Positions 1 through 8,502 of a stretch of DNA of 64,000 nt are shown here, one piece after another (the stretch's first letter is position 1; each line of letters starts with the position of its first letter). Below the pieces are notes generated by a model, which was not told where the DNA came from, ran no database searches, and saw only the letters and a program-made list of their open reading frames with translations. Position numbers and translations under genes: made by a program. Origin of the DNA: Candidatus Latescibacterota bacterium (lineage in GTDB: Bacteria; Latescibacterota; UBA2968; GCA-2709665); NCBI GenBank assembly GCA_965237675.1, contig OZ250150.1, forward strand, positions 3,648,001 to 3,712,000. Direction: 5' to 3'.

Positions 1-729
1 GAACGGGGCGAGGTAATGCAGTGTGGCGCCGCCGTAAGCCGGGCCTTCGTAAAAGGCGCCCTCGCCGTCGTGACCCCTGTCGAGGAAGAGAAGGCACCGC
101 TTTTTGGCGGACTCCAGCGCCCGGTTGAATCGGGACTCGTCCAATACGCCGTAATTGCGTAACACCAGTCCGAGCAGGCCGAGGCCGATGCACCCGATGG
201 CGCCCATATTCCAATCGGGGCGGGTCTCTTCGGGGTCGGGCGGATTCTCCAGCGTGTAGTCGATAAACGGCAGACAGTAGGCTCCGATCTCCGTTCGTTC
301 CGCTTCCGACAGTGTCGGCCGAAGCAGGTCCAGTCCGATAGCCAGCACCGTGGAACTGGCGCCGGCATCCAGGCAGTTGTCCCGCCACGTGTGGTAGGGG
401 CGTCCGTAATTCGTGCCGCCGCAGTTTTCTACGATGCGATGCCTGACAATGGTACGCAGGATGTTGCAGGCTTCATCCGTGTACCCATCGTCCAGCAGAA
501 TGCCGCCGACGGAAAGGGTCTCGATCGATTTGGGAAGCAAACGGCCGCCGCTGCGGGTGAACCAGTAGTCCGCACTGCGTTCGGTATAGTCTATATATGC
601 CGGCGAGTCGGGATTGAGATGGTCTTCGCAGGCCTGCCGGAGGTTTTGTTTCAGCGAGCAAACAATGGGGTTGGGATCAACCCTTCGACTATCGAGAATG
701 GAGCGAAAGAGAGAGTCCGGAATTCTCAT
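1..729 (-). CDS. heparinase II/III- or alginate-lyase-like alpha/alpha-toroid protein, truncated at the window edge
   Basis: Open frame read manually from ATG at 729 to position 1 (MRIPDSLF...DWNMGAIG...HDGEGAFYEGPAYG); absent from the ORF track because there is no stop in the window; EGxxY motif typical of Hepar_II_III/DUF4962 lyases. Confidence 0.6.
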   Translation of the reverse strand, partial: MRIPDSLFRSILDSRRVDPNPIVCSLKQNLRQACEDHLNPDSPAYIDYTERSADYWFTRSGGRLLPKSIETLSVGGILLDDGYTDEACNILRTIVRHRIVENCGGTNYGRPYHTWRDNCLDAGASSTVLAIGLDLLRPTLSEAERTEIGAYCLPFIDYTLENPPDPEETRPDWNMGAIGCIGLGLLGLVLRNYGVLDESRFNRALESAKKRCLLFLDRGHDGEGAFYEGPAYGGATLHYLAPF

Positions 730-833
730 TGGCGGGTCCTTCCAAAGAGTGGATCGCCGCACTGGCGACGTTCCGGTTAGGTCCGGGCATAAATCCGTTC
801 GGCAGTATTGTCGCTTGACCGGACGACGCGGGA

Positions 834-1598
834 TCAGGTCCCGTCCATACCCGGTGGCATGAAGATTTCCCTTCGTCTGCCGTCGCGGTATCCCTCGACG
901 TCGCTGAGCACCGCGCCCGGGCTGGCAAACGCCGCTCTGACGATTTGGCGGTTGAAGGAATGGACGTGGTCTGACGTCAGATATTCTTCAATGGACATCC
1001 AGAGACATTCTTCGATTTCTTCGGGTTGGGGTATGATTTCGTAAGTGAGCGGTTTCAGGCGGCAGACAAAGTATATGTCGGATTTGCCGTGGCGGTAGCC
1101 GTGCCAGTGACGGAAACACACCATCGCCTCGAATGTGGTCCGGATTCCAGTCTCTTCGTGGATTTCCCGTACGACCCCTTCGGCCAGGTGTTCGCCCGGG
1201 TGCAGCGCGCCGCCCGGCAGCTTATAGTAAGGCCTGCTGCTGCCGCGGTGCTTTTCGCAGACCACCAGGATCTCATCGTCGTCGTTAACCACCACCCCGC
1301 CAGCGCCGATGTAGTGGGTGGCATAGCCGGGGATAAATGCATTTTCGATCAGCGGCCGCGTGAGCATCAGATAGGTTTCGCCGCTGTGGTGAAATGAGAA
1401 ACCTGCCTGCACTGCAATGGGAATGAATTCGGATTTCCCGATGGGCACTTCCAGCCACACAAGTTGATGCCCCGATTTTTTCCAGGTCTTCATGGACCGC
1501 GAGAGGCGTTCGCTGAAAATCCGTACCTCCTCGGGAAGGCTTTCGGGGTTGATTATGACACCGTTGAATGGATTGATGGTGTGTTCGAGGACTTCCAT
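834..1598 (-). CDS. NUDIX hydrolase, NUDT6/AtNUDT2-like with pre-Nudix N-domain
   Basis: Nudix box LPGGALHPGEHLAEGVVREIHEETG; N-domain VWLEVP...GFSFHH..ETYLML. Confidence 0.85.
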   Translation of the reverse strand: MEVLEHTINPFNGVIINPESLPEEVRIFSERLSRSMKTWKKSGHQLVWLEVPIGKSEFIPIAVQAGFSFHHSGETYLMLTRPLIENAFIPGYATHYIGAGGVVVNDDDEILVVCEKHRGSSRPYYKLPGGALHPGEHLAEGVVREIHEETGIRTTFEAMVCFRHWHGYRHGKSDIYFVCRLKPLTYEIIPQPEEIEECLWMSIEEYLTSDHVHSFNRQIVRAAFASPGAVLSDVEGYRDGRRREIFMPPGMDGT

Positions 1599-1731
1599 AG
1601 GAGGATCCCCCGGATCCGCGTTGGCAGGGATGTTGTCGAACTGAATGTAAACAGCCCGAAGCAGCTATACAAGTGGTTTTGATACGGAGAGGTTTTGGCT
1701 TGACAGGGTGAAGGCCGCGGTGGATATTAAA

Positions 1732-1843
1732 AAGCTGTCTTAAAACCCCAGCGGTCGTCGCGCCTGCCTGCGTGCTCCTCGCGCCTCAGAACCGACCCCA
1801 TTTCGCGCGCGCGGGAACGCACCGGGAATTTTAAAAACAGCTT
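1732..1843. mobile_element. MITE-like non-autonomous element (~112 bp)
   Basis: Terminal inverted repeats AAGCTGTCTTAAAA / TTTTAAAAACAGCTT; left end recurs inverted at 43523-43559. Confidence 0.5.
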
Positions 1844-1943
1844 CCGAGCGAAACGACGGTCGCTTTGGGTGTCCGATCACGGAATTGTCGTCTCTATATT
1901 TACGCACGTATGGCGTGCCGGATCAACGTTCAGGAGGGAGTAG

Positions 1944-3143
1944 ATGGCCAATGTGTATCAACGCCTCGGTGTTCGCACCATCATCAACGCAGCCGGACCC
2001 GCAACACGGTTGAGCGGGTCGATTCTGCCGGAGGAAGTGGCGCAGGCCATGGCGGAAGCCTCCCAGCACTGTGTGGACATCGCCGAGTTGCAGGCGTGGG
2101 CGGGCCAGGCGATCGCTCACATGACGGGCGCCGAAGCCGGGTACGTGACGTCGGGTGCGGCGGCGGGGATCATGCTGGGCGTCGCGGCGTGCGTGACCGG
2201 TCTCGACCCGGGCAGAATGAACCGGCTGCCCGATACGGAGGGGATGAAGGACGAGGTGATTATTCCACGGAGCCACCGGAACTTTTACGACCATGCCATT
2301 CGAGCGGTGGGCGTGAAGCTCGTCGAGGTAGGGATCTCCGACCGGTTCAGCGGAGCCGGAGTTCGGGATACGGAGGCCTGGGAGATTGCCGACGCGATTA
2401 CGGATCGGACCGCGGCGGTCGCATATGTGATGAATGCCCGGGCGCGTCCGCACCTGGAGGATGTGGTGGAAGTGGCCCGCCAGCGGGGGGTGCCTGTCGT
2501 GGTGGACGCCGCCGGACAGCTTCCGCCCCAGGCAAACCTGCAACGATTTGTCGAGACCGGCGCGGATGTGGTCTGTTTCAGCGGGGGAAAGGCCATACGC
2601 GGACCGCAGAGTTCGGGCATCTTATGCGGGCGGAAAGATCTGGTTTCCGCCGTCGCGCTGCAGCACCTGGACCAGGATGTGTTTCACGATCTCTGGAATC
2701 CGCCGTCTTCGCTGATCGAAAAGGATCGCCTGCCGGGTGCGCCGCAGCACGGGCTCGGCAGACCGTGCAAGGTGGGCAAGGAAGAGATTGTGGGCCTGAT
2801 CACGGCACTCAGGTTGTTTGTTGCGGAGGGGGATCAGGCGCGCCACACCCGTTGGACGGCAGCGATACAGAGCCTGGCCGAAGTCATGGGAGAATTACCG
2901 AACGTTCGCGTGACCACCAGCATTGATCCCGGTCGGCCGATACCCGGATTGAGGCTCGAGATCGACGAGGCTGCGGCGGGCATTACAGGGCTGGAACTGG
3001 CGCGCCGCCTTATCGGCGGGGAGCCGAGTATCCACTGCAATACGGCGGAAGTGTACGAGGGTGTGCTGGGGTTCGGACCCATGTGTCTCCGGGAAGGGGA
3101 CGTGGAGGCCATCGGAAAGAGGCTGGGAGAATTGTTGGCTTGA
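1944..3143 (+). CDS. SelA-like PLP-dependent enzyme (DgaE / D-glucosaminate-6-P ammonia-lyase-like)
   Basis: IINAAG..TRLSGS, TSGAAA, VDAA, PLP lysine motif FSGGKAIRGPQSSG, GRPCKVGKEEIVGL; SD GGAGG. Confidence 0.8.
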   Translation: MANVYQRLGVRTIINAAGPATRLSGSILPEEVAQAMAEASQHCVDIAELQAWAGQAIAHMTGAEAGYVTSGAAAGIMLGVAACVTGLDPGRMNRLPDTEGMKDEVIIPRSHRNFYDHAIRAVGVKLVEVGISDRFSGAGVRDTEAWEIADAITDRTAAVAYVMNARARPHLEDVVEVARQRGVPVVVDAAGQLPPQANLQRFVETGADVVCFSGGKAIRGPQSSGILCGRKDLVSAVALQHLDQDVFHDLWNPPSSLIEKDRLPGAPQHGLGRPCKVGKEEIVGLITALRLFVAEGDQARHTRWTAAIQSLAEVMGELPNVRVTTSIDPGRPIPGLRLEIDEAAAGITGLELARRLIGGEPSIHCNTAEVYEGVLGFGPMCLREGDVEAIGKRLGELLA

Positions 3144-3341
3144 GAGAAGAGAGAGAAGACACCGGGAAACACGTGCTGAACCACAACCATGTTTCCGGGA
3201 CGAACAGATGAGGAATCTCGTGGAGGCAGTCAAGCCGGCGAGCCCCTCGCGAGAATGGCGCGCCGGAACCGTCCCTTCCGCCGTGCCCGACGCGGAAGCC
3301 GGGGCGCGGGCAGAGACGGATCGGAATTTGGAGACACAACC

Positions 3342-4688
3342 ATGAACCTGGATTGGGAACAGGCGGGCAGGGAGGCGGTGGACTGGCTTTGCAGACTGCT
3401 TCGATTCGACACCACGAATCCGCCGGGGAACGAGATGCCTCTGGTACAGGATGTCGCCGGGGCGCTGGCCGCGGAAGGGCTGTCCCCTCGAATTCTGGAA
3501 TCGGCGCCAGGACGCGGGAATCTGGTTGTCCGTCTTGAGGGCGATGGATCGGAACGGCCCGTACTGTTGTTGTCGCACCTGGATGTGGTTCCGGCGGAGC
3601 CCGATAAATGGACCCACGCCCCGTTTGGCGGCGAGGTGGCGGCGGGGTATGTCTGGGGACGAGGGGCGATCGATTCCAAGCTCACGACGGCGGTGGGACT
3701 TCAGGTATTGTTGATGTGCAAGCGGCTGGGAATTCCGCTGTCGCGGGACCTGGTTCTGGTGGCAGCCGCAGACGAGGAACTCGGGGGGGTGCACGGAGTG
3801 CGCTGGCTTAACGCCAACCACCCCGAGGTGTTCGACGCCGAATACGGCATCAATGAGGCCGGCGGCTTTGCATTGCTGATCGACGGTCGACCGGTATACA
3901 CGTGCCAGGTGGCCGAAAAGGGAAGTGCCGAGTTGAATCTGGTTGCGCGGGGACAACCGGGACACAGTTCCGTGCCCCACAACGACAATGCGGTATTTCA
4001 CTTGGCAAGGGCCCTGGGGAATTTGAGCGAAACGAAAATGCCTCACCGCGTTACCGCCGCGGTCAGGGCGTTTTTCGAAGGCGCCGCGGGTGCGCAGGTC
4101 AGGGACGAGGTGGCGGATATGCTCCTGGGAGTACTGGACCCGGAACGCTGCGATGGCGCTTTGTCCGTCTTGCCGGTTGACGAGCCGACCCGGCTGATGT
4201 TCGACGCGATGGTGCGCAATACGTGTGCACCGACCATTCTCGAGGCCGGCGTGAAACGCAATGTGATCCCTTCCGAAGCCGTGGCCAGGCTGAGCGGCAG
4301 GCCATTGCCGGGGGCGGATGAGGCGGGGTTTGTCCGCGAAGTCCGCGACCTTGCGGGCGAGGGCGTTGCCTTGGAGATGGGAAGCGCCTTCAGGCCGGGC
4401 ACGGAGTTCGACCATCAGACGCCGCTGTTCGACGCCATCCGGGCGTCAATCGTCCAGTTCGATCCCGAAGGGGCCGTGGTCCCATATATGCAGACGGGTG
4501 GTACGGATGCGCGGTTTCTGCGGGATCGCGATATCCACGTATATGGATTCATACCCATGCGGTACGAAACGGGTGAGGCCTTTTTCGAACTGTGCCATGG
4601 CCACGACGAACGGGTGTCCGTTGCGAATGTGCGTTTTGGGGTGCAGGTACTATTCGATGCCGTGTGCCGGTTGAACGGTATTGTGTAG
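3342..4688 (+). CDS. M20/M25/M40 family metallohydrolase
   Basis: SHLDVVPA, GRGAIDSK, ADEELGG, NEAG, GGTD, HGHDER; start moved to ATG 3342 after GGAG. Confidence 0.85.
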   Translation: MNLDWEQAGREAVDWLCRLLRFDTTNPPGNEMPLVQDVAGALAAEGLSPRILESAPGRGNLVVRLEGDGSERPVLLLSHLDVVPAEPDKWTHAPFGGEVAAGYVWGRGAIDSKLTTAVGLQVLLMCKRLGIPLSRDLVLVAAADEELGGVHGVRWLNANHPEVFDAEYGINEAGGFALLIDGRPVYTCQVAEKGSAELNLVARGQPGHSSVPHNDNAVFHLARALGNLSETKMPHRVTAAVRAFFEGAAGAQVRDEVADMLLGVLDPERCDGALSVLPVDEPTRLMFDAMVRNTCAPTILEAGVKRNVIPSEAVARLSGRPLPGADEAGFVREVRDLAGEGVALEMGSAFRPGTEFDHQTPLFDAIRASIVQFDPEGAVVPYMQTGGTDARFLRDRDIHVYGFIPMRYETGEAFFELCHGHDERVSVANVRFGVQVLFDAVCRLNGIV

Positions 4689-4716
4689 CGACTGAGCGGG
4701 TGATCGCCCGCCGCGT

Positions 4717-5613
4717 CTACAGGTTCAATACGTGCCGCAGCGCGGCATCCAGTTCCGGGTGTCGAAATTTGTATTCGCTCTCCTGCAGCCGGGAGGGCAG
4801 TACGCGGGTGCCGGACAGCAGCAGGGCATCCGCCATTTCCCCGAAAGCCAACCGGGCGGCAAAGGCCGGCATGGGAAGAAGAGTCGGCCGGGAGAGTACA
4901 CGTCCCAGCGTTCTCGTGAATTCCCGGTTCGTAACCGGACCGGGCGACACGGCGTTGACCGGCCCCCGCAGCGTTTCCGTGTTGAGCGCGTGGCTGATGA
5001 TTCGAACCAGATCGCTCAGAGAGATCCAACTCATATACTGATCGCCGCTGCCAATCACACCCCCAACGCCCATTTTAAAGGGAAAGAGCATTTTGGCGAG
5101 GGCGCCGCCGTCGGCGCTGAGCACGATTCCGATTCGGAGGTACACGGTACGGATGCCCGCGCCCGATGCGGGCTGCGCGGCATTCTCCCAGGCGATGCAT
5201 GTCTCTGCCAGGAAGTCGGATCCCGGCGGGCATTCTTCGTTGAGTATTTCCTCGCCGCGGTTGCCGTAGTAGCCGATGGCCGAAGCGCAAACAAAAACCG
5301 CGGGAGGCGTTCGCATTTCCGCAAGGCCTTCCGCAAGAGTCCGGGTGCCATCTTCGCGGCTGCTGCGGATTCTGTTTTTCTTTGCTTCGTTCCACCTGCC
5401 TGAGGCAATGTTCTCGCCAGCCAGGTGTACTACCGCCTGGATTCCTTCCAGGTCGGCAGCCTTGAGTAACCCTGATTCAGGATCCCACTGGCGTTCGAGG
5501 TCGCTCTTCGGGCTCGTGCGAACGAGCCTACAGACACGGTGGCCGCTGGCTTCGAGATACGGAATGAGGGCCGATCCGACGAGCCCGGATGAACCCGTTA
5601 CGAGTATGGTCAT
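4717..5613 (-). CDS. TIGR01777 family NAD-dependent epimerase (YfcH-like)
   Basis: GSSGLVG, HLAGENIA, SAIGYYG, SWISLSD, GPVNAVSP. Confidence 0.9.
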   Translation of the reverse strand: MTILVTGSSGLVGSALIPYLEASGHRVCRLVRTSPKSDLERQWDPESGLLKAADLEGIQAVVHLAGENIASGRWNEAKKNRIRSSREDGTRTLAEGLAEMRTPPAVFVCASAIGYYGNRGEEILNEECPPGSDFLAETCIAWENAAQPASGAGIRTVYLRIGIVLSADGGALAKMLFPFKMGVGGVIGSGDQYMSWISLSDLVRIISHALNTETLRGPVNAVSPGPVTNREFTRTLGRVLSRPTLLPMPAFAARLAFGEMADALLLSGTRVLPSRLQESEYKFRHPELDAALRHVLNL

Positions 5614-5631
5614 GGGATGCCTCCTTATCTG

Positions 5632-6045
5632 TCAAAGTCGGTATAGCATCACGTAAACGATCACACCGGTGATACAGACGAACATCCAGATCGGCAACAC
5701 GTAGCGTGCCAGGCGTCTGTGGGTCTGGAACTTGCCCTGGACGGCAAGCCACACAACAGCCAGAACGAACGGCGCATTCAAGCCGGCAAGGATAACATGG
5801 GGTATCAGGATAGCAAAATAGACGCCGCGGGTCCAGTCGTGGTGAGGGTAGGGCACTGACCCGATCTGTAGATGATAGACGAGATACGACACCAAAAACA
5901 GAGCTGAGAAGATCAGGGCGAGAACCATCATTCGCCTGTGCTGCCGGATGTTGCCGCGCCTGATTTGCAGATAGCCCAGCGTGAGAAAGCCGGCGCTGAT
6001 CGTATTGAATATCGCATTGAGGGCGGGCAGATCGCTTACGGCCAT
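5632..6045 (-). CDS. DUF420 family membrane protein
   Basis: LPALNA..N, HRRMM, FLVSYLVYH, HVILA, HRRLAR..PIWM..TGV.VY. Confidence 0.85.
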   Translation of the reverse strand: MAVSDLPALNAIFNTISAGFLTLGYLQIRRGNIRQHRRMMVLALIFSALFLVSYLVYHLQIGSVPYPHHDWTRGVYFAILIPHVILAGLNAPFVLAVVWLAVQGKFQTHRRLARYVLPIWMFVCITGVIVYVMLYRL

Positions 6046-6231
6046 CCGATCCTCTTTAAACGGGGGTAGGGCTCCGAACCTAAGTGTACTCATTTTTACG
6101 TTTTTTTGCAACCGTATGAGCATCCGCAATCGGGAAATCCGCGGCTGCGAGGGTGTCGAACGACAGCATATGGAACCGCTGCGCCATGGCGGTGCGCTCC
6201 TGTTCCGTGATCCGCGGGCGTCCGTACCCGG

Positions 6232-6260
6232 TTGACAAAAGGCCGAAATTCGGTTATTTT
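6232..6260 (+). promoter_or_regulatory. sigma70-type promoter
   Basis: TTGACA-N17-TATTTT upstream of small ORF and nadB. Confidence 0.55.
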
Positions 6261-6309
6261 CATTTCCATGAAATGTATTTAAGCCGAATTAAAACAGGAG
6301 GATATCGGG

Positions 6310-6513
6310 ATGTCTGCAACGGGCGGCCTGTGGATGACACCCGGAGAGATCGACGAGGCTCTGGGACGAAGAAAGTCCAGAGAGGTATTTGAAGATCTGA
6401 TATACGACCGGCGCACCCGGCGTGAGATTCTGGATCTTCTGATCGAGGCCACCGGCTGCAACGGGTTTTCGGCCGAGGATTTCCTGAGGGAAATTGTGAA
6501 GACAAGGCAGTGA
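6310..6513 (+). CDS. small hypothetical protein (67 aa)
   Basis: SD AGGAGG, upstream promoter, amphipathic helical-looking sequence. Confidence 0.6.
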   Translation: MSATGGLWMTPGEIDEALGRRKSREVFEDLIYDRRTRREILDLLIEATGCNGFSAEDFLREIVKTRQ

Positions 6514-6695
6514 TTCCGGTTGTCGTGAAATTGAACGGCCGGCGCCGCGTTGTGTGCGGGCTGCCGGCGTGATGGACGAGGTCCCGTTGCGAGGAGGGCT
6601 TTGCAGGGCAGTGACGATCGATCGCGTTACGGAATACGGAGTTTCAATCTGTCCGCGCGCAGCCGCTTCAACGGTTCCGGAAGGGAAATTGGATC

Positions 6696-8351
6696 GTGTC
6701 CGACGTCTGGGAAACCGACTATCTGGTCATAGGCAGCGGTATCGCCGGCCTGTCCTTTGCGCTGAGAGCAGCGGAGTCTGCCTCCGTAGTCGTGATTACC
6801 AAAAAGGAGTCCGAGGAGTCAAACACCAACTATGCCCAGGGAGGCATTGCCGCCGTGTTCGATTCTGACGATTCTTTCGGCCTGCACGTGGAGGATACAC
6901 TCGCCGCCGGCGCCGGGCTCTGTCGCAAAGACGTTGTGGAGTTGGTGATTGGACAGGGGCCACGGATGGTCCGGGAATTGATGGCCTGGGGCGCCGCGTT
7001 TACGAAAGGGCCGGACGGCCGCCGCCTGGCGCTTGGGCGAGAGGGTGGGCACACCAGGCATCGGATTGTCCACGCGGCGGATCTGACCGGAAAGGAAATC
7101 GAACGGTCACTTACGGACGCGATCGAGGCCCATCCAAACATAACGCGGTTCGAACATCACATGGCGGTCGACCTGATTACGGAACACCATCTTTTCGGCG
7201 CCAAGAGTGAACCACAGGGACGGATCCATTGCTTGGGCGCCTACGTCCTGGACGCGGCATCCGGCCAGGTCAGGCGGTTTCTGGCGCGGATCACGCTTTT
7301 GTGTTCCGGCGGGGCCGGGCAGATCTACATGCACACAACCAATCCGGGCATTGCAACCGGCGACGGCATCGCCATGGTGTACCGGGCAGGCGCATCGATC
7401 GCCAACCTGGAGTTTATGCAGTTCCACCCCACCACGCTCTACCACCCGGAAAGTGACTGCTTCCTGATTTCCGAGGCCGTGCGCGGTCACGGCGGCGTTC
7501 TGGTTGACCGGAGCGGACGGCCGTTTATGGACGCGTATCACGAAATGGGAGGGCTCGCGCCGCGCGATATCGTCGCCAGGGCAATCGACAACGAATTGAG
7601 GAAAAGCGGCGCTCCCTGCGTATATCTCGACATTACTCACGTTCCCGCCGGCCAGATTCAAGAGCGTTTTCCGAATATTTACCGGCGGTGTCTGGCGTTT
7701 AATATCGACATCACCGAACAGCCCATCCCCGTTGTTCCCGCCGCCCATTATATGTGTGGCGGTGTGTCGACCGACGTCTGGGGCCGCACGGAAATCAACG
7801 GGCTCTACGCCTCCGGCGAAGTGGCCAACACCGGCTTGCACGGCGCCAATCGCCTGGCCAGCAATTCGCTTCTGGAGGCGCTGGTGTTCTCGGATCGGGC
7901 CTATCAACACGCGTCCCGGCACCTGGACGCCGGAATGGCCTTTCCCGCGGTACCAGACTGGCAGGACGACGACGTGTTCAACGCCGAGGAGTGGGTGCTG
8001 TTGGCGCACGACCGCCTGGAGGTTCGGCGATTGATGTGGGATTACGTCGGCATCGTGCGTTCCGACTTCAGGCTGAAACGGGCCGCGAGACGCATTGGCG
8101 TGATTGCCCAGGAGGTAGAGGAGTTCTACAAGCGGACCAAGGTCACGGAAGCACTGTTGGAGTTGAGAAACATCACCACGGTGGCCGCGCTGACGGTTCG
8201 CTGCGCGTTGAGACGAAGAGAAAGTCGTGGGCTCCACTATAACGTCGACTGCCCGGCGGATGGTTCGGCGACGCCTAACGATACGGTTTTGTCCGCCCGT
8301 GAGACCTGGCAATCTTCCGATATCGTCTGGCAGGCCGCCATGGAGATCTGA
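6696..8351 (+). CDS. nadB: L-aspartate oxidase
   Basis: GSGIAG, YAQGGIA, REGGH, QFHPT, SEAVRG, HGANRLASNSLLE, ESRGLH. Confidence 0.95.
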   Translation: MSDVWETDYLVIGSGIAGLSFALRAAESASVVVITKKESEESNTNYAQGGIAAVFDSDDSFGLHVEDTLAAGAGLCRKDVVELVIGQGPRMVRELMAWGAAFTKGPDGRRLALGREGGHTRHRIVHAADLTGKEIERSLTDAIEAHPNITRFEHHMAVDLITEHHLFGAKSEPQGRIHCLGAYVLDAASGQVRRFLARITLLCSGGAGQIYMHTTNPGIATGDGIAMVYRAGASIANLEFMQFHPTTLYHPESDCFLISEAVRGHGGVLVDRSGRPFMDAYHEMGGLAPRDIVARAIDNELRKSGAPCVYLDITHVPAGQIQERFPNIYRRCLAFNIDITEQPIPVVPAAHYMCGGVSTDVWGRTEINGLYASGEVANTGLHGANRLASNSLLEALVFSDRAYQHASRHLDAGMAFPAVPDWQDDDVFNAEEWVLLAHDRLEVRRLMWDYVGIVRSDFRLKRAARRIGVIAQEVEEFYKRTKVTEALLELRNITTVAALTVRCALRRRESRGLHYNVDCPADGSATPNDTVLSARETWQSSDIVWQAAMEI

Positions 8352-8502
8352 GCGTGGTCGACAACGTGTGGCGAGCGCCTGTCCATTGCGGCGGCAATGG
8401 GTCGAAAGACCCCATCCGCACAGGCCGGTGCCCCGGCCCCGTCGCATCGGAGCCGCCCGTCTTGTTCTTCAGTCGGGACCGCTGCCGCATGGAGGAGTAT
8501 GC

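Noticed and set aside
1944-3143. True selA / selenocysteine system
   Set aside because: Short DgaE-like form; no selB/selC/selD or in-frame TGA genes nearby
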